Shown here: piece after piece, positions 1 through 9,827 of the stretch
Numbering within the stretch: position 1 is the first letter of the stretch
Layout of the letters: every line of letters begins with the position of its first letter
From: an uncultured Myxococcales bacterium
GTDB taxonomy: Bacteria > Myxococcota_A > Polyangia > DRWM01 > JAAZOP01
Direction of reading: 5' to 3'
Assembly: GCA_964568275.1 (NCBI GenBank)
Contig: CAZMRP010000001.1
Span: forward strand, 8,382-72,381
DNA length: 64,000 nucleotides
Position numbers and translations under genes: made by a program
The notes under the pieces: generated by a model
The model's database searches: none
What the model saw: only the letters and a program-made list of their open reading frames with translations
Told to the model about the DNA's origin: nothing

Positions 1-641
1 AGCACCTCTAGCTGACGCCGCAGGTCGTGTTCCGACAGGCGTAGTGGCGGCCGCAGAGTCACCTCCATCTTCGGCTGCCCGTTGGCGAAGACCACGGCGA
101 GGCGCGGGAGCCGGTTCTTCAGCCGCTGCACCTGCTCCCGCAGCTTGCGGTTCTCCACCTCCAGCGGCTCGAGCTCATCGGGGTTCCGCATTTCGTCCGA
201 CGGCTGGAACACGGGAAGTCCTGCGGCGCGGGCGCTGAGCTTCATCCGAAGGTCGCCGGTGACGACCGCCACCTCATTGCGCCCAGGTGCCGAGCGGAAA
301 ACGGTGACAGCGGCGAGCATACGAGCGTCGTTGTCCACGTAGCCCCCGGCAGTCGGGGCCGGAGGAGGCGGCTCTGCTGTCAGAAGCACCGAGACCCCGT
401 CGCGCGGTTGCGGAGCGGATGCGTCACCCGATGCAATCTTCTCCAGCGCTACGATGACTCTCCGGGCGCGCTCCCGCCGCCGAGGACTTCGGCCTTCGTT
501 CTTCTGCTGATCAAGTTCGGCGATGACCGGCTCGCAGACGACGAGCGTGACGTCGCGCTGGCCGACGAGGTTGCACCAGTTCAGTTCGGTGAAGAACGTG
601 TAGTGCAAGAAGACGTTCGTGTCCGGGAAGACGTACCTCAT
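1..641 (-). CDS. PIN-domain protein, N-terminal part, partial (runs off window start); coiled-coil C-terminal region
   Basis: Own translation of the minus strand from ATG at 641: MRYVFPDTNVFLHY...CEPVIAELD...VVTGDLRMK. The D/E/D spacing is PIN-like. No stop before position 1. Not in the ORF track because it is open-ended. Confidence 0.45.
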   Translation of the reverse strand, partial: MRYVFPDTNVFLHYTFFTELNWCNLVGQRDVTLVVCEPVIAELDQQKNEGRSPRRRERARRVIVALEKIASGDASAPQPRDGVSVLLTAEPPPPAPTAGGYVDNDARMLAAVTVFRSAPGRNEVAVVTGDLRMKLSARAAGLPVFQPSDEMRNPDELEPLEVENRKLREQVQRLKNRLPRLAVVFANGQPKMEVTLRPPLRLSEHDLRRQLEV

Positions 642-829
642 GGGTTCTGCCAGCGTGCTCGCAGCGACCGCCCACTGCCGCCAGTCGGCTCAGGCCCGGC
701 GAGGCGCGACGGTGAGCCTACCGCGACCCTCGCGCGCGTCAACATGATCGTCGCGGTGGGGCGGTGGACTGCCATTCACCGGAAGGCCATCACGGCTGCT
801 GAGGGCCGTCCAGATGGCGGGGCGATCGC

Positions 830-1690
830 TTGCCCGGTCCGAGCATGGTAGCCTCGGTGGTGACGGCGGTGGACGACGTGGTGTTGGCTTTGGAACCCGC
901 GCAACGAACGACGCTCTCTGCCCGACGGCCACGGCACCTTCTCGGTCGGCAGCGCGGCCTCCTGTGCACCCTGGCGGCCACCATGCTCGCGGCCTGTGGC
1001 GCTTCGAGCGGCGAATCCGCCGCGTTGCAGTCCAGCCTGGACGACTTGCGGGAGCAGCACGAGGCCGAGATCGTCCGGCTCGACGGGGTCCGCCAGGATG
1101 TCCGGGTCGCGGAGGCGACCCTGCGGGCCCACGACGCCCGCATCGCGTGGACCGGCTGCCTCGCGGTCGAGAAGGACATCGAGGCCTTGGTGGCGGCTAG
1201 CGAGGCGGAGTGCATGCTGCGGGTGGCCGAGCACAGCGGCTGCGTGGCCGAGAACGCCGAGGGCACCATGGACAACGAGGTCATCGGCGGCCTCTTGGGC
1301 CTTGCAGCGGCGGTCGCCACCGGTGGGGTGGCTGCTCCGTTCATTCTCGGCGGGGCGGTCGCCGGCCGTGCGGTGAGCGATTCCGCCGCCGCGGCGTGCG
1401 GCCCGGTGCCTGTCTGTGCCGGCAACTCCGACGCGGACCGCCTCCGCGCAGCCCTCCAGGTACGCGGTCTCGACGATCTGCCGGAGTGCGATGACCTCCA
1501 GCATCCCGCCTGCGTCGCCGAGCACTTCCTGTTCCTGGGCGGCAAGGCCGAGACGGTTGCCGTGGAGTGCCTGGGCGACCGGGAGGCGGAGTGCGAGGCC
1601 CAGGCGCAGCTCGTCGAGCTTGGCGTCCTCGACTCCAGCGACTGCGATCCGCTCCTGGCGGATCCGCCGGCAGGGGCCTCGGCACGATGA
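830..1690 (+). CDS. putative lipoprotein (lipobox LAAC, cysteine-rich, coiled-coil); start uncertain
   Basis: ORF track; basic n-region RRPRH followed by LLCTLAATMLAAC-G. The true start is probably downstream of 830. Confidence 0.4.
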   Translation: MPGPSMVASVVTAVDDVVLALEPAQRTTLSARRPRHLLGRQRGLLCTLAATMLAACGASSGESAALQSSLDDLREQHEAEIVRLDGVRQDVRVAEATLRAHDARIAWTGCLAVEKDIEALVAASEAECMLRVAEHSGCVAENAEGTMDNEVIGGLLGLAAAVATGGVAAPFILGGAVAGRAVSDSAAAACGPVPVCAGNSDADRLRAALQVRGLDDLPECDDLQHPACVAEHFLFLGGKAETVAVECLGDREAECEAQAQLVELGVLDSSDCDPLLADPPAGASAR

Positions 1691-2346
1691 CCGCGCCGGG
1701 CACCGGTCTGCCGCCGGCGGTAGTTGTCGTTGCCGCCCTCGTCGGTTCCGCCTGCGGGGCCGCCGCCACCGGCAACGACGACCTGTCTGCCGAGATTGCC
1801 GACCTCCAGGCCTCCATGGACCAGCAGTCCACGGACCTCGACCAAGTCGAGGCAGATGCCGCCGCCCTGGTCCGCGGCGTCGCGGCGGTCGTCGACCGCT
1901 ACGAGGACGCGGCAGATCGGCTCCGGCGGGCGACGGAGGAGTACGAGCGGGCGACTCAGCAGTTCGACGAGGCGTCAACCGAGTTTCGGGCAGCCGCCGC
2001 GACCTTCGAGGAGGTGGCCGAGGGCTACCGGGTCGCCGCGATCGCCCTGATCGCAATCGCGGGCGCGGACATGGTCGGCAGCGCGATGTGCGGCCACAGG
2101 ATGTCCACGCAGGCCTATCGTGCCGAGCTGCGATCGCAGGGGTACAACCTCGACGGCCTCGATGTGGACCACATCATCCCAAGGTCGCTGGGCGGACCCG
2201 ACAACCCGATGAACTACCAGTTGCTGGATTCGAGCCTGAACCGGAGCCTCGGAGCCGGCGGCCTGCTCGACAAGTTCGTCGCCACGCCGCTGCCGTTTCT
2301 TGCCGCGCTGGCGACGACGGCGGTTAGCGCGTTGGCGTGCCCGTAG
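1687..2346 (+). CDS. lipoprotein with C-terminal HNH endonuclease domain
   Basis: ATG 1687 overlaps the upstream stop (ATGA). Lipobox VGSAC. C-terminal DVDHIIPRSLGGPDNPMNYQLLDSSLNRSLG matches an HNH (DH..N) motif. Confidence 0.5.
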   Translation: MTAPGTGLPPAVVVVAALVGSACGAAATGNDDLSAEIADLQASMDQQSTDLDQVEADAAALVRGVAAVVDRYEDAADRLRRATEEYERATQQFDEASTEFRAAAATFEEVAEGYRVAAIALIAIAGADMVGSAMCGHRMSTQAYRAELRSQGYNLDGLDVDHIIPRSLGGPDNPMNYQLLDSSLNRSLGAGGLLDKFVATPLPFLAALATTAVSALACP

Positions 2347-2367
2347 CTGGAACGATCACCTCTTCTG

Positions 2368-2952
2368 CTAGTTCGGCAACTGCTCAATCGCCGTTATCGA
2401 TCGGAGGCAATCTGCCACCAGTTCACACGCTGGTGCGTCGGCACACGTTTGCAGCAGGCCGGGCACGTCGCCAGCTGGATCCGCGCACCAGTTCCTCGCA
2501 CATACTTCGCAGCCCCAGGCGGCTGCGAGTTCTCCGCGCGCCTCGTGCGTGGAGAGCTTCGGCAGGCACTGCAAGACCAAGTCGTGCATCTTCGCGCAGG
2601 ACGTGCCTGCGGGATACGCCGGCAAGCGGTAGACGGCGTCCGTCAGGTCCGCCTCCCAGACGCACTTCGACATCTTGTGGCAGGGCTCTGACGAGCATTG
2701 GGCCAGAACCGCCACGGCTTCGGGTCTTAGGGCCGTGCACCGGTCCTTCATGCTGATCCGTGGCGTTCCACCGGGTGCCGTCAGTTCGGAACGGTTGTCC
2801 CACTGAGATCCGAGGTAGCTCGGGTCTTCGGCGCCTGGCGGCACGCACTTGTCGACTGCCTGCTGCATGCGCTCGCAGACCGACGGCTCCTTCTTCGCAC
2901 ATCCGCCAAGAGCCAGGAAACACACCAAACCCAGGATGAACAGGCTCCGCAT
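2368..2952 (-). CDS. cysteine-rich lipoprotein
   Basis: Start at MRSLFILGLVCFLALGGC (lipobox); many Cys; unknown family. Confidence 0.4.
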   Translation of the reverse strand: MRSLFILGLVCFLALGGCAKKEPSVCERMQQAVDKCVPPGAEDPSYLGSQWDNRSELTAPGGTPRISMKDRCTALRPEAVAVLAQCSSEPCHKMSKCVWEADLTDAVYRLPAYPAGTSCAKMHDLVLQCLPKLSTHEARGELAAAWGCEVCARNWCADPAGDVPGLLQTCADAPACELVADCLRSITAIEQLPN

Positions 2953-3116
2953 CGCGCTTCTCCCTCCTCTCGTATTTCGGAACACCCCGCCCCTTCGGCA
3001 TTCTCTACCATCCTATCGAGCTGTTGGCTAGATACAGGAAGGGCGCTCGGCTCCTGAGGGTTGCGAGACATGCTTCCTTGACGCTAACCTAGCCTGCGTC
3101 GTCGAAGGGAGGGGAG

Positions 3117-3710
3117 ATGAGCGCCCAACCACCGGGATGGCAGCCGGACCCGACGGAACGTTTCGCCCAGCGCTACTGGAACGGTACCGCCTGGACCGAA
3201 CAGGTGTCCGACGGTCGGAATCCGTCCATCGATCCGTCATGGGCAGGCCAACAGCCTGCCGCCCAACCAGCGGCGACAACAGCCCAAGCTGCAACAAGTC
3301 GCGGACCAGGCTTCTGGATCTGGGGTGCGGCTGGTGCGCTGATCATCTCGACCTTCCTCCCATGGGCGTCGATCAGTCTCGGCATGCTCTCCGTCTCGAA
3401 GAGCGGCATCGAGGGCGACGGCGTGTTCGTGTTGCTCCTGGCTGCCGGCGCGGCGCTGTGCGCCATCGGTGTCGGCAAGCCAGACTTTCCCAGATGGCGT
3501 GCGATCCTCGCCATCGTCTTCTTCCTTCTCGCCGGGCTGATTGCCGTCATCGACATCGGCAGCGTGGCTTCTCGGTTCGGCGAATCGCGCGGACGAATCG
3601 CGGTTTCCGTCAGCGTCGGGATCGGTCTCTGGCTGTGCCTCGCTGCATCCATCGTGGGACTGATCGGCGGACTCCGGGCGCTCCGGCGTCCACCAACGCC
3701 GAAGGCCTGA
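3117..3710 (+). CDS. membrane protein with DUF2510-like N-terminus
   Basis: MSAQPPGWQPDPTERFAQRYWNGTAWTEQV, followed by four hydrophobic helices. Confidence 0.5.
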   Translation: MSAQPPGWQPDPTERFAQRYWNGTAWTEQVSDGRNPSIDPSWAGQQPAAQPAATTAQAATSRGPGFWIWGAAGALIISTFLPWASISLGMLSVSKSGIEGDGVFVLLLAAGAALCAIGVGKPDFPRWRAILAIVFFLLAGLIAVIDIGSVASRFGESRGRIAVSVSVGIGLWLCLAASIVGLIGGLRALRRPPTPKA

Positions 3711-3808
3711 CACCGAACGGCGACGACGGGACCTCCCAAAGCTGCTACACGCCGGTCGCATCCAACGTTGCTCTCACGGCGCAGCTACCCGCGGGCTCGT
3801 GCGAATCG

Positions 3809-4630
3809 CTACCGCAGCAATCGCTGCGCCACCAGATCCATCGCCGCCTGCTGCTCGCGGGCGTCGACGTGGAGGTATTTTTCGGTCGACCTCGACGACG
3901 CGTGACCGAGGGCACGCTGAATCACCGTGAGCCGCTTGCCGCTCTCGTCGAGCAGGGTCGCAACGCCGTGGCGAAACCTGTGCGGGTTGGCGTACGAGAC
4001 GCCCGCCCGGCGGCACAGGTAGGCGAGGAAGCGGCGGCAGCGGTTCGCCGCCGTCGCTGGATGCTTGGCGAACAGGTCCTGCACGCGCTGCCATCGGTCG
4101 TTCTGGAGCAACCGCCCCAGCGAGTCCCGCACCGCCGACGAGGGAGCCCACGTCCGCGTTCTCCCGCCTTTCTGCTCGACGACGACCTCGCCCCGCGCGA
4201 GCACCGCCTCCGCGGCCGCGCGGCTGATGCCCATGAAGTCGCCGATCCTCAGCCCGCTGAGCAGCAGCAGTTCCATCGCCGACCGCTCAGGCTCGCGCAG
4301 TTGCCGCGCCGCGCGGAGAATCGTCCTCCAATCCTGCTCGGGCACCGGCATCGTCTCGCGTGCGGGCTTCGTCGGCTCCGGCACGGACTCGATCAGCGGC
4401 TCGACGTCTCCGAGCCTCGCCGCCTTCGCGTACGCCAGAAGCGCGGCCTTCGCGATCTGGTACGCCGACCGGCTCCTCGCCACCCGCATCGGGGCGAGGA
4501 ACTCGTTGGCGTCGATCGCCGCGGCTAGGCAACCCACGTACGCACGGATCGTGGCCGGCCGCCTCCGGCGTGCGCGGAGTTGATCGGCGAACGTTTCGAG
4601 GTCGATCGGGAAGGCGGTCGAGGACGGCAT
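3809..4630 (-). CDS. tyrosine site-specific recombinase (XerC/D-like, short)
   Basis: C-terminal RFRHGVATLL...RALGHASSRSTEKYLHV gives the R..H..R..Y catalytic tetrad region. Confidence 0.8.
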   Translation of the reverse strand: MPSSTAFPIDLETFADQLRARRRRPATIRAYVGCLAAAIDANEFLAPMRVARSRSAYQIAKAALLAYAKAARLGDVEPLIESVPEPTKPARETMPVPEQDWRTILRAARQLREPERSAMELLLLSGLRIGDFMGISRAAAEAVLARGEVVVEQKGGRTRTWAPSSAVRDSLGRLLQNDRWQRVQDLFAKHPATAANRCRRFLAYLCRRAGVSYANPHRFRHGVATLLDESGKRLTVIQRALGHASSRSTEKYLHVDAREQQAAMDLVAQRLLR

Positions 4631-4890
4631 GCAGCAACGTGGGGACCGATGGACGTGCTGTCAACCGCGCGTGCATAGATTCCACTGGACGCTGTGCTCG
4701 ATTCGCCGACCACGCATACCCTGTCCTCGCGGTTCCTACATCGACACGGCGGGACGGTCATCGCCGGGAGCGTCGAGCGCGGCGTCGTCGAGCTGGAGGC
4801 GGACCATTCCCAGCTGCGTGGCCCCGGAGGCGGCCCCGAGGTCGCCGGCGGAGGCGGGGGCGGGCTGGTGGCTAAGACGCAATACCCCTG

Positions 4891-5802
4891 GTGAGCAATA
4901 GTGAACACGATGGACCGCTGCCATCGACAGCGCCGTTGGACGTCCACAGCAGAACCGTGGTAGGCGAGGAAGATGAAGACGCGATCTCCCAGCACACAGG
5001 CCGGGCGACAACTCCGCCGATTGCGACGCGATTTGCTGCCCCAGGGGCACCGCAGATGATCAAGGACAAGATGACCCCCAAGGACGCGGCGAAGGAGTTC
5101 TGCGACCAGACCAAGATCCCCCTCGGCTCCCCGCCCGGATCGGTTTTCGCGACTACCTACTGGAGAACCAGACCCCTCTCGCCAGCCGAGGGTCCGTCAG
5201 ACGCTAGAACCCAGGCAATCGTTGACGCATACCACTACTACTGGCGCGACTTGGCCGAGGAGCAGGAGCGGTGGGTAAGAGCGCACATCGACTCAGCCGT
5301 ACGGAACTTGGAGCGGACCGCCGATCTGCTTCGAGACATGGCACGCCGCCGCAAGCCCTGGGCGCGGTGCGCCGCAGGACTGATGGACTGCGCGAGCGAA
5401 GATGAGGGGTGGCTCTTCAAGGCGGTGGAGTTCGTTCCTGGTCCGCAAGGTGAGTACGTCTTCGGGTCGGTCCTCGATTCGGTCCAGGGCAGAGACCCCA
5501 CTATCCTGCGCCTCGCAGAGGTGATGCGTCGCGCCGCGAGGATCGCAGGCCATCTGGAGTCCCAAGCTGGCGGACCGATGAAGCTGGCGAAGCGCGGATT
5601 CATCGGCGCGCTTCGGAAGATCTGCGTGAGGGAGAGGCAACTCGGCTACAGGCGCATTGCTCTTCTCTGGGTTGCTGGGGATCTCGATCGCGACTTCGAA
5701 CGGCATCGCGAGCTTCGCCCAACGGTGACGTACCGGATGAAGTCGGTCGAGAGCAGCATTCGAGAACTGATTCGGCACCCTCTGAAGCCTCACGTAGAGT
5801 AG
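4891..5802 (+). CDS. hypothetical protein
   Basis: ORF with normal composition; no recognisable motif. Confidence 0.35.
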   Translation: MSNSEHDGPLPSTAPLDVHSRTVVGEEDEDAISQHTGRATTPPIATRFAAPGAPQMIKDKMTPKDAAKEFCDQTKIPLGSPPGSVFATTYWRTRPLSPAEGPSDARTQAIVDAYHYYWRDLAEEQERWVRAHIDSAVRNLERTADLLRDMARRRKPWARCAAGLMDCASEDEGWLFKAVEFVPGPQGEYVFGSVLDSVQGRDPTILRLAEVMRRAARIAGHLESQAGGPMKLAKRGFIGALRKICVRERQLGYRRIALLWVAGDLDRDFERHRELRPTVTYRMKSVESSIRELIRHPLKPHVE

Positions 5803-6004
5803 CCCCCTCACGCTTCGGCCGAGGTCCGCATCGCCAGCCGTGTCTGGCGGTCGCCGAGTTACCTTCAAGCTAGCGCGCCAATCTTGCCCTGTCTCCGCCT
5901 CCGAAGAGCGTCCATGGGGGGAGATCCCCTCGCAGAAACCGCGGACTCCTACCTATGCGCGACCGTGCTGCGAAACGCATGCTTCCCGCTGCGAGGAGGA
6001 AGCC

Positions 6005-6214
6005 ATGGACGCACCCGCAACGAACTGCCTGACCACCGACGTTGAGACCTCGGCAAGGATCCTCAGCGTCTCGCCCCGGACCGTATGGTCGCTGATCCGG
6101 CGGGGTGTAATCCGACCGGTCCGCATCGGGCGACGCACACTGCTACGGGTCGCTGACCTACGTGCGCTGGCGGCCTCCTACGGTATGTCGTCCGACGGCG
6201 ACCATTGGGGCTAG
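6005..6214 (+). CDS. AlpA/excisionase-type HTH DNA-binding protein
   Basis: ATG 6005 preceded by GAGGAGGAAG. SPRTVWSLIRRGVIRPVRIGRRTLLRVADL is an HTH_17 motif. Confidence 0.5.
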   Translation: MDAPATNCLTTDVETSARILSVSPRTVWSLIRRGVIRPVRIGRRTLLRVADLRALAASYGMSSDGDHWG

Positions 6215-6275
6215 TGCGTGGCGATAGGCGTCCGGATCGCGGGTAGCGAATCACCGGACGCCGAGGAGATGAGTT

Positions 6276-7904
6276 ATGGTGCCATCTCAGACCGACCCTG
6301 TCAACAGCGTTACCTCAGTGTCTGGCACACTGGCGGCCGGGCAAGTCGGGACCTCGGCCAGTACGCCGACCGCCTTCGCCGGTCTTCATTTGCCCGACAT
6401 CGAGGTTGATGCCGACCTCGGGCGCATGTGCGACGAGAACGACGCCGCGCTGGTCGCTTCCGGGCGACTCTATCAACGCGCCGGCCGCATTGTGCGTCCA
6501 GTCGTCATTCGGGGAGCGCCCACGGGCCAAGCCATGCAGCGTACGGCGGGCTCGCCCATCATCGACGCCGTCGATCACTGGGCGCTATTGGAGTGCATGG
6601 CGACCTCGGCGGAATGGTGGCAACAGGGAAAGAAGGGCACGCAGGTCGCGGTCCTGCCCCCGACCGTTGTGGCACACGCCTACATAGCGAGACGCGAGTG
6701 GGCTCTCCCCGTGCTCGCGGACATTATCGAGACGCCGACGCTCCGAGCGGACGGCTCAATCCTCTCGACGCCCGGTTACGATCCGGCGACTGGGTTGCTG
6801 CTGATGCCGTGTGCCCCCATCGCACCTGTGCCCTCGAGCCCCACCCGCGACGACGCGAGATCCGCGCTGCGGTACATCGATAACCTGTTGATCGACTTCC
6901 CCTTCGCCGAACCGGGCGATCGGTCCGGGTGGACTGCGATGGTCATGTCCATCATCGCCCGCGGAGCAATCGCCGGCCCCGTCCCGCTGACGGCGATCGG
7001 CGGCCCGACACCTGGCTTGGGCAAGTCCTTGTTGGCAGACCTCGCGTCTGTGATAGCGCGTGGTCGTCATGCGGGGCGCATGGCACCGATCCGCGAGACC
7101 GCCGAGATGCGTCGTCAGTGCTTGGGCATCGGGATGGCTGGCGACTCCTTCGTCCTGATCGACAACGTTGATGGCGCATTCGGCTCGGAGGTTCTGGCCG
7201 GCGCCATCACGGCCGGCGAGATCGTGGATCGTCCGACAGGCAAGTCTGAGATGGTCCGGGCGCCATTTCGGGCCGTGTGGGCGATTACGGGCAACAACTT
7301 GTCCTTCGTCGGCGATCTGGGACGGCGCGTGATCCTCGCAGACTTGTATACGGAGTTGGAGCATCCGGAGGATCGAACGGACTTTCAGCACGCGAACGTG
7401 CTCGACTACGCGCTGGGGCTCCGAGGACGGATTGTGGCGGCAGCTCTCACCGTCCTGCGTGCATTCCATCTGGCCGGCCGGCCTCCGCATGGGGGTCCGC
7501 AGATGGGATCGTTCGAGCGTTGGGACGCGCTGGTCCGTTCGTCGCTGATCTGGGCGGGAGCGGCGGATCCTCGCGGTACCGTCGGGCGGATCCGCGAGGC
7601 CGCGGACGCCGACGTGCAGCCGCTGCGCGATGCGCTTCTGGCGTGGCGGAAGGCCTTCGGGCACCAGGCCCGGACGGTGGTGGAGGCGATGAAGCAGGCT
7701 AGTAGCGACCCGGATCTCGCGGCCGCCTTGTCCGCCCTGGTCGGCTGCGACTCGAAGTCGTTCGCTAATCAACTCGGGCGGAAGTTGCGGCGAATGGCCG
7801 GGCGCAACGTGGGCGGGTTGCGATTCCAGCGGGAGAACAAGGGCGGGTCGGGCGTGCGGTGGTGCGTGGTTGAGGTCTTGGGGGCGACCCGGACGGATGG
7901 GTAG
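6276..7904 (+). CDS. P-loop NTPase, phage/plasmid primase-associated (D5-like) replicative protein
   Basis: Walker A GGPTPGLGKS; good RBS before ATG 6276; sits with Prim-Pol and xis/int. Confidence 0.5.
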   Translation: MVPSQTDPVNSVTSVSGTLAAGQVGTSASTPTAFAGLHLPDIEVDADLGRMCDENDAALVASGRLYQRAGRIVRPVVIRGAPTGQAMQRTAGSPIIDAVDHWALLECMATSAEWWQQGKKGTQVAVLPPTVVAHAYIARREWALPVLADIIETPTLRADGSILSTPGYDPATGLLLMPCAPIAPVPSSPTRDDARSALRYIDNLLIDFPFAEPGDRSGWTAMVMSIIARGAIAGPVPLTAIGGPTPGLGKSLLADLASVIARGRHAGRMAPIRETAEMRRQCLGIGMAGDSFVLIDNVDGAFGSEVLAGAITAGEIVDRPTGKSEMVRAPFRAVWAITGNNLSFVGDLGRRVILADLYTELEHPEDRTDFQHANVLDYALGLRGRIVAAALTVLRAFHLAGRPPHGGPQMGSFERWDALVRSSLIWAGAADPRGTVGRIREAADADVQPLRDALLAWRKAFGHQARTVVEAMKQASSDPDLAAALSALVGCDSKSFANQLGRKLRRMAGRNVGGLRFQRENKGGSGVRWCVVEVLGATRTDG

Positions 7905-8090
7905 CGCTGTCGCCGCAGACAAAAATGAAGTGTGACGATGGGTGACGACAGTGACGACAATGACGACAATGACGCCAAGGAGCCCCCACCCCCCAGGAGC
8001 GACAGAGATCACTCTTGCACTAGTCAGGGGAGGGGGCCACGCCGGCGTCATCTGCATCACGGTCGTCACGGAGAAGGACAACGAATAGTA

Positions 8091-8099
8091 GAGGAGGAG
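8091..8099 (+). promoter_or_regulatory. Shine-Dalgarno GAGGAGGAG 4 nt upstream of ATG 8103
   Basis: Seen directly. Implies the ORF-track start at 7932 is not the real start. Confidence 0.55.
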
Positions 8100-8102
8100 T
8101 AC

Positions 8103-9503
8103 ATGAACCAGCATGACGAACACGAAGGCGGGAGCGAGACCAACAGCCCCGGCAGGGGACACGCCGGTGGGGGGGCGTGTGTCGAGTTCGTCGAGGCCCT
8201 TTACAGGTTCGGCACCGGTTTCGGCGAGATCCTCGTTGTCCCGTTCGATGGCCCGGTGGAGGAGATCTTCTTCCCGCTGCCGCTGGAGCCCGGGAAGGCG
8301 GAGGAACTCCTGCACCAGTACCGCAACGAAAGCCGGTTGCGCAGGAACATCTCTCTCGCGCTGAACCCCAGGATTCGGCGGCAGGCGGGGAACGTCTACG
8401 TCGAGCACATCGTCGCAGTGGCTGCCGACGTCGACGGCGACGCGCTGCCCGGCCTCCCGGAGAAACTGGCGCTGCTGGAGCAGGTCGGCTGCCCCGCGAC
8501 CGCGCTCATCCACAGCGGCCACGGCTGCCACCCGTACTTCATGTTGACCGAGCCGGTGCGGTACGCGGACCTCCCCGCCGACTCGAGCGAGATGCTGGCC
8601 GACTTCCTCGGCACCGGCCACGCGTTCGATCGCAACCGGCTGCTCGGGCTGCCCGGCACGATCAACTGGGGGACGGCGAAGAAGCCCAAGCAGCCGGCCT
8701 GGCGGACCATCGTCAGTTTCGATCCCAACGCGCGCATCGCGTGGCAGAAGCTGCTGGCTGGCCTCGACGCGCTAGGCGTCCAGCGGAAGCCGATCCGCCT
8801 GTCGCGGCCGAAATCGCCGACGCCTACATCAGCCAACCGACAGGCGTGTCCCCTGCCGCAGGGCCCCAAGCCGGCGTTGCCCGCCGAGGGCCTCTGGGAC
8901 CACGACCGCGAACTCATCGAGTCCGGCCACCAGGAGGCCGACGATTTCGATGGCCGATCCGAGGCGGACGCATCGGCGTCCTTCGCGCTCGTGCGTGCCG
9001 GCCTGGCTGACTTCCAGATCGAGCACGTCTTCGCCCGCTACGCGATCGGGGAGAAGTACCGCGAGAAACAAGCGGATGGTCCGCGGTACTTGGCGAGGAC
9101 GATTGCCGCCGCTCGTAGGCTCGATCTGGAGATGTACCCGCGGGAATGCGTGCCGGCCGTGGTCACGAGGTGCCGCGGCGGATCGCGCGTGAGGCTGAGC
9201 CTACGCCCGGGCGCAGGTCGCTCGGCCGGATTTGCACGTACCGCCGAGGTGCCGCGGGACGGACCGAGTCCGCTGCTCGACGACCTCGCTGCGGTGCTCG
9301 CCGCAGTGCAGGGCGAGGTGGTCAGTGATCCGCGGGCGCAGGGAATCTGGTGGGAGAGACTCGATGGGTGGCCGGTGATGGCCACGCTTGTCGTGCGCCC
9401 GGTGCCCTACCAGCCGAAGCCGAGAACCTTCATCGAGCGGGTCGCGTTGGTGCCCCCGATTGCGTTGCCGACCGGTCCGGCCGGCGGCAAGGCGTCTTCG
9501 TAG
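8103..9503 (+). CDS. Prim-Pol (bifunctional primase/polymerase) domain replication protein
   Basis: Motifs VAVAADVDGD (DxD) and IHSGHGCHPYF (SxH), as in RepSA/pRN1-type Prim-Pol. Confidence 0.55.
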   Translation: MNQHDEHEGGSETNSPGRGHAGGGACVEFVEALYRFGTGFGEILVVPFDGPVEEIFFPLPLEPGKAEELLHQYRNESRLRRNISLALNPRIRRQAGNVYVEHIVAVAADVDGDALPGLPEKLALLEQVGCPATALIHSGHGCHPYFMLTEPVRYADLPADSSEMLADFLGTGHAFDRNRLLGLPGTINWGTAKKPKQPAWRTIVSFDPNARIAWQKLLAGLDALGVQRKPIRLSRPKSPTPTSANRQACPLPQGPKPALPAEGLWDHDRELIESGHQEADDFDGRSEADASASFALVRAGLADFQIEHVFARYAIGEKYREKQADGPRYLARTIAAARRLDLEMYPRECVPAVVTRCRGGSRVRLSLRPGAGRSAGFARTAEVPRDGPSPLLDDLAAVLAAVQGEVVSDPRAQGIWWERLDGWPVMATLVVRPVPYQPKPRTFIERVALVPPIALPTGPAGGKASS

Positions 9504-9518
9504 ACGAAGGAAGAGGAG

Positions 9519-9782
9519 ATGGCGATGATCGAAAACCCTACTGACGAGCAGTTGAAAGAGCTGGAGCGGTTGCGGCGGACGCAGATCTGTCGGGCCGGGC
9601 AGCGCGTCCTGGCGGCGATGGACGACTTCGCGATCAGCCTGCGGTCGCTGCTGGTCACCATCGAGGTCGCGAGCCGACGGGACGCTGGTTTCGTCGACCC
9701 GCCCGACCACGGCCCACACGACGGCGACGTTCCGCTGCCGCACGCAGCCCACGGGACGAAGAAGCCGGGAGGCGGCAGGTAA
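9519..9782 (+). CDS. small hypothetical protein
   Basis: RBS GGAAGAGGAG before ATG. Confidence 0.3.
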   Translation: MAMIENPTDEQLKELERLRRTQICRAGQRVLAAMDDFAISLRSLLVTIEVASRRDAGFVDPPDHGPHDGDVPLPHAAHGTKKPGGGR

Positions 9783-9827
9783 CCGCTCCTGAGCCGGACG
9801 TGGTCCGGCAGAAGGTGGAGAAGAGAA

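Noticed and set aside
776-2056. 426-aa and 351-aa minus-strand ORFs, and many similar long Arg/Pro/Gly-rich ORFs throughout the track
   Set aside because: They overlap genes with clear motifs on the other strand or frame, and their composition (Arg/Ala/Pro/Gly, no hydrophobic core) is typical of spurious open frames in 70% GC DNA.
7940-7975. Tandem GACGACAATGAC repeats (encoding DSDDNDDNDA / CRHCRHCRH)
   Set aside because: Short, only about 3 units, and upstream of the true Prim-Pol start; probably a trivial microsatellite.
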